Shown here piece after piece: positions 9,200 through 17,364 of a stretch of DNA of 57,781 nt. Within the stretch, counting starts at the first letter, position 1, and each line of letters starts with the position of its first letter. Location: contig JBFWNO010000004.1 of assembly GCA_050251015.1 (NCBI GenBank), positions 1-57,781 on the forward strand. The letters are read 5' to 3'. The notes under the pieces are model-generated. The model worked only from the letters and a program-made list of their open reading frames with translations, had not been told where the DNA came from and did not search any database. The DNA comes from Planctomycetota bacterium (GTDB taxonomy: Bacteria; Planctomycetota; JBFWNO01). The translations under genes were made by a program, and so were the position numbers.

Positions 9200-10864
9200 A
9201 TGAGGAAAATCGGCGCCGGAACCATCCCCTCAGCACTTTTGTTGGCCATGATTCTTGCGGCATTCTGTTTCCTCCGCTGGCATGACCTGACGGCCGATTT
9301 GCCTTCGTACTTTGATGTGGGCATCAGCGCCACCGACGAAGGCACCTATATGGATGGGCCACGCAAATGGGTCCAGACAGGATCATGGAATTTGCCTGGG
9401 GAGTGGTGGCATTCGCAGAAATTGGTGCCGCTGTATTCCTTCATGCTTGCGAAATGGTTCGAAGTCTTGGGCGTGGGTTTCTGGGAGGGGAGGGCGATGT
9501 CGGCCTTGTTGGGCTGTCTCACCCTCGTCCTTGTCACGCATTTCGGATGGAAACGGGCAGGCCCTGTCGGAGCCATGAAACTCCTGACCATCGTGGGCTC
9601 GTCCTATGTCCTGACCCACTTCCACAGGGCGGCCATGGTGGAGTCCTTGATGCTTTTCTGGCTGTGGGGCATTGTGCTGGCCGTCTCCTGCGATCGCGCC
9701 TGGTGGCGGGAGCCGGTCATGGGCCTTTGTGCCGCGGGATTGGTGCTCACCAAACTCTCAGGGGTCCTGGCATTGCCTGGGCTCTTCCTTTGGTGGTTGC
9801 TGAGGGACAGGGGATGGCAAAGTCCGAGTCGTCTCCTGACTGCGGTGTTGTTCTTTGCGTTCCCGATCGCGATGGTGGCCACCTTTCACCCGGGATTCCT
9901 GGGCCGATCATGGGCCTATGCCCATGAGAATTTCGGTTCCCTCCTGAACCTTCCAGGCGCCCCCTGGCACCTCTTGCATATGGGGGTGCGTGGGATGTGG
10001 CTGAGCCGCGAGTCAACCGTGGTGGCGCTGATGGCTTTGGGCGTGCTGGTGTGGCCAACACGCCAGGATCGCCGCCAATGGGATCCCCACATCTGGGGTC
10101 TTGTAGGAGCCCTTGTTGCCTGCTCCCTCCATGATTTTGCCGTCAGGCGGTATTTGATGATGTTGCCCTTCATCCACATGCTGGCCTGGCGGGCCACGCT
10201 GGTGGATGTCGGCGCACCAATCCCCTCCGATCTTGTGTCTCCCCCTCTTGGGGGGAGGGCAGGGTGGGGGGCTTCGGTGGTTCAGGCCACGTTGCTGTTT
10301 CTCGCCTTCTCTGGCATCCCGCTGGCTATAGGTCACTTCGGATGGATCCCCATCAAATATATCGTGGGTGGAGGGGCCTTGCTTGCCATGGCGGGATTGT
10401 GGGTCATGCCCAGGTGGGTTCTCGTGGCGCAGAGGGTTCTTCCGAGGGTGAAGGGGTGGCTTTTGGCGGGGGCCTTGGGGCTTTTGATCCTGCAACATGG
10501 AGGATGGCGCTTGGCTTCCACTCATCACACTTATGATCTCATACGTGATTGTGCCGGGCATTTCAATAAGGCCGGTCCACCGGTTTATGGTGTGGTGGCC
10601 CCGCTTTTGACGATCGAAAGTCATCGCCAAGCCGTCTTCATTGATGGACGGATGGGTGATCCGCTCAGGGGCAACCCCGCACCCCTGATCCTGGAAGTCA
10701 TCACCTACACCCGACCCTCATTTGGCTACGAAAACTTGGTGATCGACCGTTTGGCGGGATATTACACCCAGCATGACCTCATCATGGATGGCCCCATGTT
10801 TTCCGAGGGTGGCGTTGAGAGGGCCATAGGGGTGTTCAGGTTCTGCAGGCCCAAACCGGAATAG
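9200..10864 (+). CDS. Polytopic membrane glycosyltransferase candidate, ArnT/PMT_2 (GT39/83)-like GT-C
   Basis: 554 aa. First loop ISATDEGTYMDGPRKW (DE..Y, typical of ArnT/PMT_2). More than 10 hydrophobic segments and a soluble C-terminal domain of about 100 aa. Confidence 0.75.
   Translation: MRKIGAGTIPSALLLAMILAAFCFLRWHDLTADLPSYFDVGISATDEGTYMDGPRKWVQTGSWNLPGEWWHSQKLVPLYSFMLAKWFEVLGVGFWEGRAMSALLGCLTLVLVTHFGWKRAGPVGAMKLLTIVGSSYVLTHFHRAAMVESLMLFWLWGIVLAVSCDRAWWREPVMGLCAAGLVLTKLSGVLALPGLFLWWLLRDRGWQSPSRLLTAVLFFAFPIAMVATFHPGFLGRSWAYAHENFGSLLNLPGAPWHLLHMGVRGMWLSRESTVVALMALGVLVWPTRQDRRQWDPHIWGLVGALVACSLHDFAVRRYLMMLPFIHMLAWRATLVDVGAPIPSDLVSPPLGGRAGWGASVVQATLLFLAFSGIPLAIGHFGWIPIKYIVGGGALLAMAGLWVMPRWVLVAQRVLPRVKGWLLAGALGLLILQHGGWRLASTHHTYDLIRDCAGHFNKAGPPVYGVVAPLLTIESHRQAVFIDGRMGDPLRGNPAPLILEVITYTRPSFGYENLVIDRLAGYYTQHDLIMDGPMFSEGGVERAIGVFRFCRPKPE
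10237..10272. repeat. G/C hairpin repeat, inverted copy of 871-906, inside a CDS
   Basis: GTCTCCCCCTCTTGGGGGGAGGGCAGGGTGGGGGGC matches the reverse complement of 871-906 at about 33/36. It translates in frame as SPPLGGRAGWG within a loop of the membrane protein. Confidence 0.6.
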
Positions 10865-10865
10865 A

Positions 10866-11825
10866 ATGGCTGGGATGACAGCGCATAAGGCGACTTTCAA
10901 CCACAGTGTTGTGATCCCGGTTTACAACGGGGCGGCGACGGTTGGCCGTGTGGTGGATGAGGTCTTTGCCGTCCTTGAACCCTTGGGTTCCACGGAGGTG
11001 GTGCTTGTCAATGACGGCAGTGCAGACTCCAGTGCGGATGTGTGCCGTTCCCTGGCGCAATCGCGGTCCGGCAAGGTGGTCTTTGTGAATCTTTCGAGGA
11101 ATTTCGGGGAACACAATGCCGTGCTGGCCGGCATCAGCCATGCACGCGGCGCAAGGATTGCCATCATCGATGACGACGGGCAAAACCCGCCGTCGGAGAT
11201 CCCTGTGCTCTTGGCTGAAATGGAAAGAGGCGGTTTTGATGTGGTGTACGGCCGCTACGAGCAGAAACAGCACGAGACCTGGCGCAACCTTGGTAGCCGC
11301 TTCAACGATGCCGTGGCCACGAAGCTCATCGGGAAGCCTCCCAACCTCTACCTCTGCAGTTTCAAGGTCATCAACCGTTTTGTGGCCGATCACCTTCGGA
11401 GTCATCCCACTCCCTACCCCTATATCGATTCCATGATCTTCCAGTGCACCCAGAACATCGGACAGGCTCTGGTGAAGCACGCCCAACGTGTGGAAGGCCG
11501 GAGCAACTACAACTTGCGCAGACTGGTGCTTCTTTGGAGCAACATGCTCACCACCTCGAGCATCCTGCCCCTCCGCCTGGCCACATGGTTCGGCCTGGGC
11601 TTCGCCTGTTTTGGGTTTCTTTCAGCCCTGGCCATCTTGGTGGAGGCCATCTTTTTTCCTTCCGGCGAGCGCGGGTGGGCTTCCTTGGCCATGGCGGTGG
11701 TGGTTTTCAGCGGCATCCAGCTTTTCGCCCTGGGGATCGTGGGTGAGTATGTGGGACGGATCTTCCAGGCCGGCCACCGCCGGCCCTTTGTGGTGCGCGA
11801 GGTGGTGGGCGACAGCTCGTCGTGA
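10866..11825 (+). CDS. Polyprenyl-phosphate glycosyltransferase, GtrB/ArnC/DPM1-like GT2 (second copy)
   Basis: VVIPVYNGAATV, LVNDGSADSS, RNFGEHNAVLAG, AIIDDDGQNPP. C-terminal TM pair and the tail GEYVGRIFQAGHRRPFVVREV. Confidence 0.85.
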   Translation: MAGMTAHKATFNHSVVIPVYNGAATVGRVVDEVFAVLEPLGSTEVVLVNDGSADSSADVCRSLAQSRSGKVVFVNLSRNFGEHNAVLAGISHARGARIAIIDDDGQNPPSEIPVLLAEMERGGFDVVYGRYEQKQHETWRNLGSRFNDAVATKLIGKPPNLYLCSFKVINRFVADHLRSHPTPYPYIDSMIFQCTQNIGQALVKHAQRVEGRSNYNLRRLVLLWSNMLTTSSILPLRLATWFGLGFACFGFLSALAILVEAIFFPSGERGWASLAMAVVVFSGIQLFALGIVGEYVGRIFQAGHRRPFVVREVVGDSSS

Positions 11826-12589
11826 AGCCCGAGGAATTCATCACGTTGGAGCGTGCTGAAGAGACCCATTGGTGGTATCTCGGGCTTCGAGATTTCCTCG
11901 AGAAGATGATCCAGAGGCACCTCCCATCGCCACCCCAGCGTGTCTTGGATGCCGGTTGTGGTACAGGGGCCAATCTCAGGTTGATGAAGCGTCTTTTCAA
12001 CCCTGGTTATCTGGGCGGCTTTGATGTGTCGGAGGCATCCCTTGCCTCGTCATCCAGAAAGGTCCCTGGGGCGGATCTTTATGCTTCTTCGATCGTGGAG
12101 CCCCACCTGCAATCCAAGGATCTGGATCTCGTCATCAGCATGGATGTCGTGTACATGGTGGGTTTGCAGGAGGCCATGGCCGGATTGAAGACCCTGGTTT
12201 CTGCCCTGAGGCCCGGAGGCCTGTTCATCCTCCATCTGCCGGCCTACAACTGGCTCAAGAGTGCCCACGACGTGGCTGTGGGGACAAAGGAGCGTTACAC
12301 CTCGAATGACATGAGAGTCCTGGCTCAAGAGCTCGGGATGGAAACGCTGTGGCGGGGTTACCGGGTGTGTCTGTGGTTTCCCATGGTCCTGCTTGCCAGA
12401 TTGCCCAGCATGATTGTTCCTGCCCAGGTGAGTTCGGCCCGATCGGATCTTGACCCTCCTCCTTCCTGGGTGAACAGCCTTCTGGCCCAAGGGCTGTTCA
12501 CGGAGAATTCACTGATCGCCCATGGACTTGTCCCGCCCTGGGGTTCCTCTGTGGCCCTTGTCATGAGGAAGACCCTTCAGACCCCATGA
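11822..12589 (+). CDS. Class I SAM-dependent methyltransferase
   Basis: GTG start in a GTGA overlap. ETHWWYLGLRDF, VLDAGCGTGANLRLM, LDLVISMDVVYM, LRPGGLFILHLP. Confidence 0.85.
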   Translation: MKPEEFITLERAEETHWWYLGLRDFLEKMIQRHLPSPPQRVLDAGCGTGANLRLMKRLFNPGYLGGFDVSEASLASSSRKVPGADLYASSIVEPHLQSKDLDLVISMDVVYMVGLQEAMAGLKTLVSALRPGGLFILHLPAYNWLKSAHDVAVGTKERYTSNDMRVLAQELGMETLWRGYRVCLWFPMVLLARLPSMIVPAQVSSARSDLDPPPSWVNSLLAQGLFTENSLIAHGLVPPWGSSVALVMRKTLQTP

Positions 12590-14217
12590 ATCCGGAATCC
12601 TGGTCGTTGTGGGTCGATGTGCTGGTGTCGACGTTGTTGTACTTTGCACTGATTCCCGGGTTGTTTTTTGCCGTGCCTCGAACCCAATCCGACGACTTTT
12701 CCGGGGTTGTCGTCAGGGGCATCCTCTGGTTTCTGGCCTTGTCCACGGCCATCCTCTTGATCCAGAAACTGCACCCCATGGGGGGCCTTTGGCTATGCTC
12801 CATAATCGCCTTGTATGGGTGGTGGCAACGGCAGGATGGAGCGAAAAGGTTTCGGGATGTCTGGGTCTACCTTGTGATTTGGCCGGCGAGCCTTTTACCT
12901 ATCACCCAATATGACGCCTTGCACTATCAGTTGAGAATCCCCCGGTCCATTCATCGGATCGGCTTGAGTGTGGTGGACGGCACGGATTACCAATCCCAGG
13001 ATATCAATGCCTTGCACTGGTTTCTGAGTGCCTTTGGGTTCAGCGACAAACTCTTGAATGTGGCCGCCATCGCGATGCAAGCGTTCTGTCTTGTGCTTAT
13101 CCTGAGGATGTTCGAGTCATATGCTCCCAAGTCCAGAATTTGGAAATGGGCGTTGCTTGGCATGCCACTCACCGTGCAATTGACCCAGGAGGCCTGGGTT
13201 GACATATCTTGCTCCCTCATGCTCATGCTTTTTGCCTGGCGCTGTCACAAGGGCTGTTGCGGGCTCCTGGAGGCCTTCTTGCTTGGATTCATGTTCCATT
13301 TCAAGTTGGCGTTGTTCATCATGGCTCTCCCGATGCTCCTGCTTATGCCATGGAAGTCATGGCTCAATTCCCGGTGGTTGGGAGTGGCGGCCCTGCCCAT
13401 CCTCGGCAATCTGGTTCTGATTTGGGGGCTCACAGGCTATCCCCTGACCCCCTATATTTTCACTCTGCCCGTCCATCCCGAGTTCCACGAAACCTTCCAA
13501 TCGGCCAAGCTCCTGATTGACGAGGCTGTGCACAAGGATCGCTGGGATGTGCTCTGGTATTTCTATGGCATCTTTTACATGACATGCCCATTACTGTTGC
13601 CGGCTTTTATCCTGGCATTCAGGGAAGTGCGAGTGGGCCTGGCGTTTGTGGTTTCATTTGTCCTGTGGATGGCGCTGTTTCCCCAGTTGAGATTCACCAT
13701 GTATCTGGTTCCAGCCATTTTTCTCATCGGGGCCCTGCAAATAAGGAAGGGAAGGGAAGCCGTGTGCTTGTGGGTCCTCTCACTGTTCCTGCTCTTCTGG
13801 AGGGGTGCCAAGGCTGAGACTCAGTTTTGGAAAAGCCACGATCTCAGATGCATCGCGGAATCCCGGGTCTCCCATCCTTTCTCTAGGTTCATTGGCACGG
13901 ATGAAAAGTTCTACTCCGAAGCTGATTGGGGTTGGGACTATCCCGGCCATGCAGTTGCGGCGAGTGTGCTGCAGTTCAGGTATGAGTATTCCAGTCCCTG
14001 GCTGGAACAGTTCAGACGCGATGGCATACGGCATGTCATTGTGAAAGACGGATACAGGGATTTCTTTCTGAATTTTGGGAATGCCCAATCCTCTTACCGG
14101 ATTGTGTTTGAGAGGTTAGATCGACAAAGGAGAAAGCGAATCGATGAATTGACGCGGGTCAGCGCAGTAGAGGCTCATTGCCTCGATCTCACCCTCTACA
14201 GATTGCCGAATCCATGA
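12586..14217 (+). CDS. Polytopic membrane protein with a C-terminal soluble domain; GT-C-like; paralog of 2338..3957
   Basis: 543 aa with an ATGA overlap at the start. Shares the YDALHYQLRIPRS...GLSVVDGT...LSAFGF block with 2338..3957. Confidence 0.75.
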   Translation: MNPESWSLWVDVLVSTLLYFALIPGLFFAVPRTQSDDFSGVVVRGILWFLALSTAILLIQKLHPMGGLWLCSIIALYGWWQRQDGAKRFRDVWVYLVIWPASLLPITQYDALHYQLRIPRSIHRIGLSVVDGTDYQSQDINALHWFLSAFGFSDKLLNVAAIAMQAFCLVLILRMFESYAPKSRIWKWALLGMPLTVQLTQEAWVDISCSLMLMLFAWRCHKGCCGLLEAFLLGFMFHFKLALFIMALPMLLLMPWKSWLNSRWLGVAALPILGNLVLIWGLTGYPLTPYIFTLPVHPEFHETFQSAKLLIDEAVHKDRWDVLWYFYGIFYMTCPLLLPAFILAFREVRVGLAFVVSFVLWMALFPQLRFTMYLVPAIFLIGALQIRKGREAVCLWVLSLFLLFWRGAKAETQFWKSHDLRCIAESRVSHPFSRFIGTDEKFYSEADWGWDYPGHAVAASVLQFRYEYSSPWLEQFRRDGIRHVIVKDGYRDFFLNFGNAQSSYRIVFERLDRQRRKRIDELTRVSAVEAHCLDLTLYRLPNP

Positions 14218-15254
14218 GGGGGTTCCAACGAAAAATCCAGTATCTCCTGATTCTTGCATTCCTTCTGTTGGTCATTTGTGAATCCCTGACAAGGATGTAT
14301 TGGGTTGTACGGCATGACCTGGGTTTCTTTGACATGGGCCGGATCAATGCTCTCTTTTACCCCAGTGTTGATCAGTCACCTCCTTTGGATCCAAAGGTCC
14401 ACAATATCCTGGTCTTGGGGGGGTCGGTGGTCTCCCGTGAGTGGAACCCGGTGTTCGGAGGATTGTCAGGCCGCTTGGAGGAAAAGTGGGGACATCCGGT
14501 GAACGTGGCCCATTGGGCCCAAGTCAGCCATTCCTCTCTCGATTCCCTGGTGAAATACACGGCGATGGAGGGGCAACCTTTCGACACGGTGTTCATTTAC
14601 CATGGCATCAACGACTTGAGGGCGAACAACTGCCCGCCCGAGGTGTACCGCGATGACTACAGCCACATGGTCTGGTATGAGCAGGTGAACCTCTGCGTGG
14701 CCTATCCCTGGAAGAACTGGTGCGTGCTTCCCTTCACGCTTCACTACTTCAAGGTGATCGTGGAGGGCAAACTCAGGAGCGCTCCGAAACTGCCGTCCTC
14801 GGGTTTTCCGGAATCAGGCCCGCTGGCGTCCTGGATCCAATTTGGAAGCGATATCAAGACCAGGGTCGCATTCCGAAGGAACATCCAGTCCATCGTCGAG
14901 AAAGCAGGGTTGAGGGGACAGCGGGTGGTGTTGGCGACGTTCAAAACCTACTTCAGCCCCGGCTACACCCGGGAGAAGTTCGACCGGCACGCCTTGGATT
15001 ACGCGGATTACAAATGCCCGATTGAAACCTGGGGCCTGCCCGGGAACATCAGGAAGGGTATGGAAGTCCACAATGCCATCCTCAGGGATGTGGCCAAGGC
15101 CTATCCCCATGTGACGCTGGTGGATATGGACCTCCTTATGCCCTCTCAGGGGGAGTTCTTCATGGATGTTTGTCATTTGAGCCCGAAGGGTCAGGAAGTG
15201 TTTCTGACCCTCCTCCTTGAGCATTGGCCTGCGGCAAAAGCGCTCAAGCCCTAG
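14214..15254 (+). CDS. Membrane-anchored SGNH/GDSL-family hydrolase (esterase or O-acyl-modifying enzyme)
   Basis: The ATG at 14214 (MRGFQRKIQYLLILAFLLLVI, TM anchor) sits in an ATGA overlap. Block I-like VLGGSVVS, block III HGINDL, block V MDVCHLSPKG (DxxH). Confidence 0.65.
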   Translation: MRGFQRKIQYLLILAFLLLVICESLTRMYWVVRHDLGFFDMGRINALFYPSVDQSPPLDPKVHNILVLGGSVVSREWNPVFGGLSGRLEEKWGHPVNVAHWAQVSHSSLDSLVKYTAMEGQPFDTVFIYHGINDLRANNCPPEVYRDDYSHMVWYEQVNLCVAYPWKNWCVLPFTLHYFKVIVEGKLRSAPKLPSSGFPESGPLASWIQFGSDIKTRVAFRRNIQSIVEKAGLRGQRVVLATFKTYFSPGYTREKFDRHALDYADYKCPIETWGLPGNIRKGMEVHNAILRDVAKAYPHVTLVDMDLLMPSQGEFFMDVCHLSPKGQEVFLTLLLEHWPAAKALKP

Positions 15255-16342
15255 GCAAAAAGTTCCCTTACGGCCTCCGCGACCTCGTCCACCTGGTCAT
15301 CTCGGAGATCCTGGTGGAAGGGCAGCGAAAGGCAGTGGGAAGCCAGCCTTTCTGCTACCGGGTGGCTCCCGCCTCCCGTCCATGAGGGATGCTGGTGGAT
15401 GGCGCGGGGATAATGGATCAGCGTCTCGATGCCCTTGGCGGCCAAATGCTGTTGGAGGACATCGCGATCCTCGGCTTCGACCACAAAGAGGTGGGGGGAG
15501 GCCAGCACGTTCTCTTCCAGTCTAGGCAGGGCTAGACCCGCAATGCCGGACAAGCCTTCGAGATAACGTTCATGCAGTCTGAGTCTCTTGCGGTTCCATT
15601 CCGCGAGGTGGGCCAGCTTGGCGCGAAGCACGGCAGCCTGCATATCATCCATCCTGCTGTTGATGCCCCATTCCTCGGAAATGCCATAGACGAAGCCGTA
15701 CATCCTGAGGCGCCGCACTCTTTGAAGAAGGGTGATGTCGGTGGAGGCGACAAAACCCCCGTCACCCAGGGCGCCCAGGTTCTTGGTGGGATAAAAGCTG
15801 AAGGCGGCAGCCTGACCCAAGGTTCCGATGCGCCGTTGCCCAATGCTTCCGGCTGTGCACTGGGCGCAATCCTCGAGAAGTTTCACGCCCGCCCTGGCAC
15901 AGGCCTGTTGGATCTTCAGGGCATCGTGGGTGGGATACCCGTATAGATGCACAAAGATCAGGGCGCGGGTGTTCGGGGTGATCGAGGACTCCACCAGCGC
16001 GGGATCCATGCAGCGGGTCTGGGAACGGATGTCCACCAGTTTGGGCGAGGCCCCGATCTGCCTCACGGCGGCCGCGGTGGGAAAGGCCGTCATGGCCGGC
16101 ATGAGCACTTCGTCGCCAGGGCCCATGCCCAGGGCTCTCAGGGCCAGGGCCAGGGCATCGGTGCCACTGGCGCAGGCCAGGCCGGGGGGGCCTTGGGTGG
16201 TGGCCGGAAATTCCTTTTCAAAGGCCTCCACCTCCGGGCCGAGAATGTAGCGCCCCGAGTCCACAACCCTTCCGATGGCCTCCATGAGCTCGGGTCGCAA
16301 GCGGGCGCTTTGGTCTGCAAGGGGCATGAAGGGGATTTTCAT
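15251..16342 (-). CDS. DegT/DnrJ/EryC1/StrS-family PLP-dependent sugar aminotransferase
   Basis: Start MKIPFMPLADQSARLRPEL (ATGA overlap with the upstream SDR stop). GRYILGPEVEAFEKEF, and the PLP-lysine block FSFYPTKNLGALGDGG. Confidence 0.9.
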   Translation of the reverse strand: MKIPFMPLADQSARLRPELMEAIGRVVDSGRYILGPEVEAFEKEFPATTQGPPGLACASGTDALALALRALGMGPGDEVLMPAMTAFPTAAAVRQIGASPKLVDIRSQTRCMDPALVESSITPNTRALIFVHLYGYPTHDALKIQQACARAGVKLLEDCAQCTAGSIGQRRIGTLGQAAAFSFYPTKNLGALGDGGFVASTDITLLQRVRRLRMYGFVYGISEEWGINSRMDDMQAAVLRAKLAHLAEWNRKRLRLHERYLEGLSGIAGLALPRLEENVLASPHLFVVEAEDRDVLQQHLAAKGIETLIHYPRAIHQHPSWTGGGSHPVAERLASHCLSLPFHQDLRDDQVDEVAEAVRELFA

Positions 16343-17364
16343 GGGAGGTAATACCTGAGATGGGATTGGTAGAACTCCGCCATTTGCCGGAGTCCATCCT
16401 TCATCATCACACGGGGTGACCAACCCAGGAGACTCTGGATCTTCGTGAAATCGCATTGGGTGCTACCCAGATCGATGCGTTTTTTCTCATCGGGGAAGGG
16501 GATCTTCTTCACCTTGGCCTGGGGGCAGAATTCTTGAAGGGTTGTGGCGATGGCTTCCAACGACACGGTTTCACGGTGGCCCAAATTGAAAATCCCGCCG
16601 ACAGCATTGGGATGCATGGCGGCCAGCAGGAAGGCTTCCACTACATCCGATACGTGGTTGAGGTCGCGGGTCTGGGTGCCGCCCCCGTAGAGCTCAATCT
16701 CCTGGCCTTCCACGGCCCGCCTGACAAACCAGGGCAGGAAACCCTGCCTGTTGTGGCGGATCAGCTGCCCCGGTCCATAGGTGTTGGTCAGCCTGAGGGA
16801 GCAGGCCTGCACTCCATAGACGCGGTGATAAAGAATATGGGCCCATTCGGCGGCATATTTGCTGATGCCGTTGAGGTCGACGGGTTGAACGATGTGATCC
16901 TCACGGATCGGCAGGGTTTTGGGCGCGCCATACACCTGTCGAGTGCCGGCATACACCACCCGGGCCTGCGGGCAGACATGGCGGAGGGTTTCCAGAAATG
17001 TCAGGTGATCCGAATAATTCAGCTCAAGGTCATCCAAGGGATGCGTCATGCTGTCGATGTGACTGACCTGACCCGCCAGGTTGAAGACATGGGTGCAACC
17101 GGTGAGGGCCTCCGCGGCCTTGCCTGCGTCACCCAGGCGCCCCTCGATCAGCCGAACCCTGTCTCGGATGTCGTGGATGTTGAAGTCGTTGGCGCCCAAG
17201 CCATCCACCCTGGCATCCAGGATGGTGACATGGGCCCCGGCTTGGACCAGGGCGCGCGCCATGTGGCTCCCCACAAAGCCCAATCCACCTGTGACCAGGG
17301 TGCGGCATTCCTTGTAGGGGGAGAGGATCTCCTGACGAAACGACGCGCCAAAGATTTGGCTCAT
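16339..17364 (-). CDS. NAD-dependent epimerase/dehydratase (extended SDR; NDP-sugar 4-oxidising type)
   Basis: VTGGLGFVGSHMARAL (GxxGxxG), a catalytic YxxxK in SKYAAEW, and NLAGQVSHIDS. Confidence 0.9.
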   Translation of the reverse strand: MSQIFGASFRQEILSPYKECRTLVTGGLGFVGSHMARALVQAGAHVTILDARVDGLGANDFNIHDIRDRVRLIEGRLGDAGKAAEALTGCTHVFNLAGQVSHIDSMTHPLDDLELNYSDHLTFLETLRHVCPQARVVYAGTRQVYGAPKTLPIREDHIVQPVDLNGISKYAAEWAHILYHRVYGVQACSLRLTNTYGPGQLIRHNRQGFLPWFVRRAVEGQEIELYGGGTQTRDLNHVSDVVEAFLLAAMHPNAVGGIFNLGHRETVSLEAIATTLQEFCPQAKVKKIPFPDEKKRIDLGSTQCDFTKIQSLLGWSPRVMMKDGLRQMAEFYQSHLRYYLP

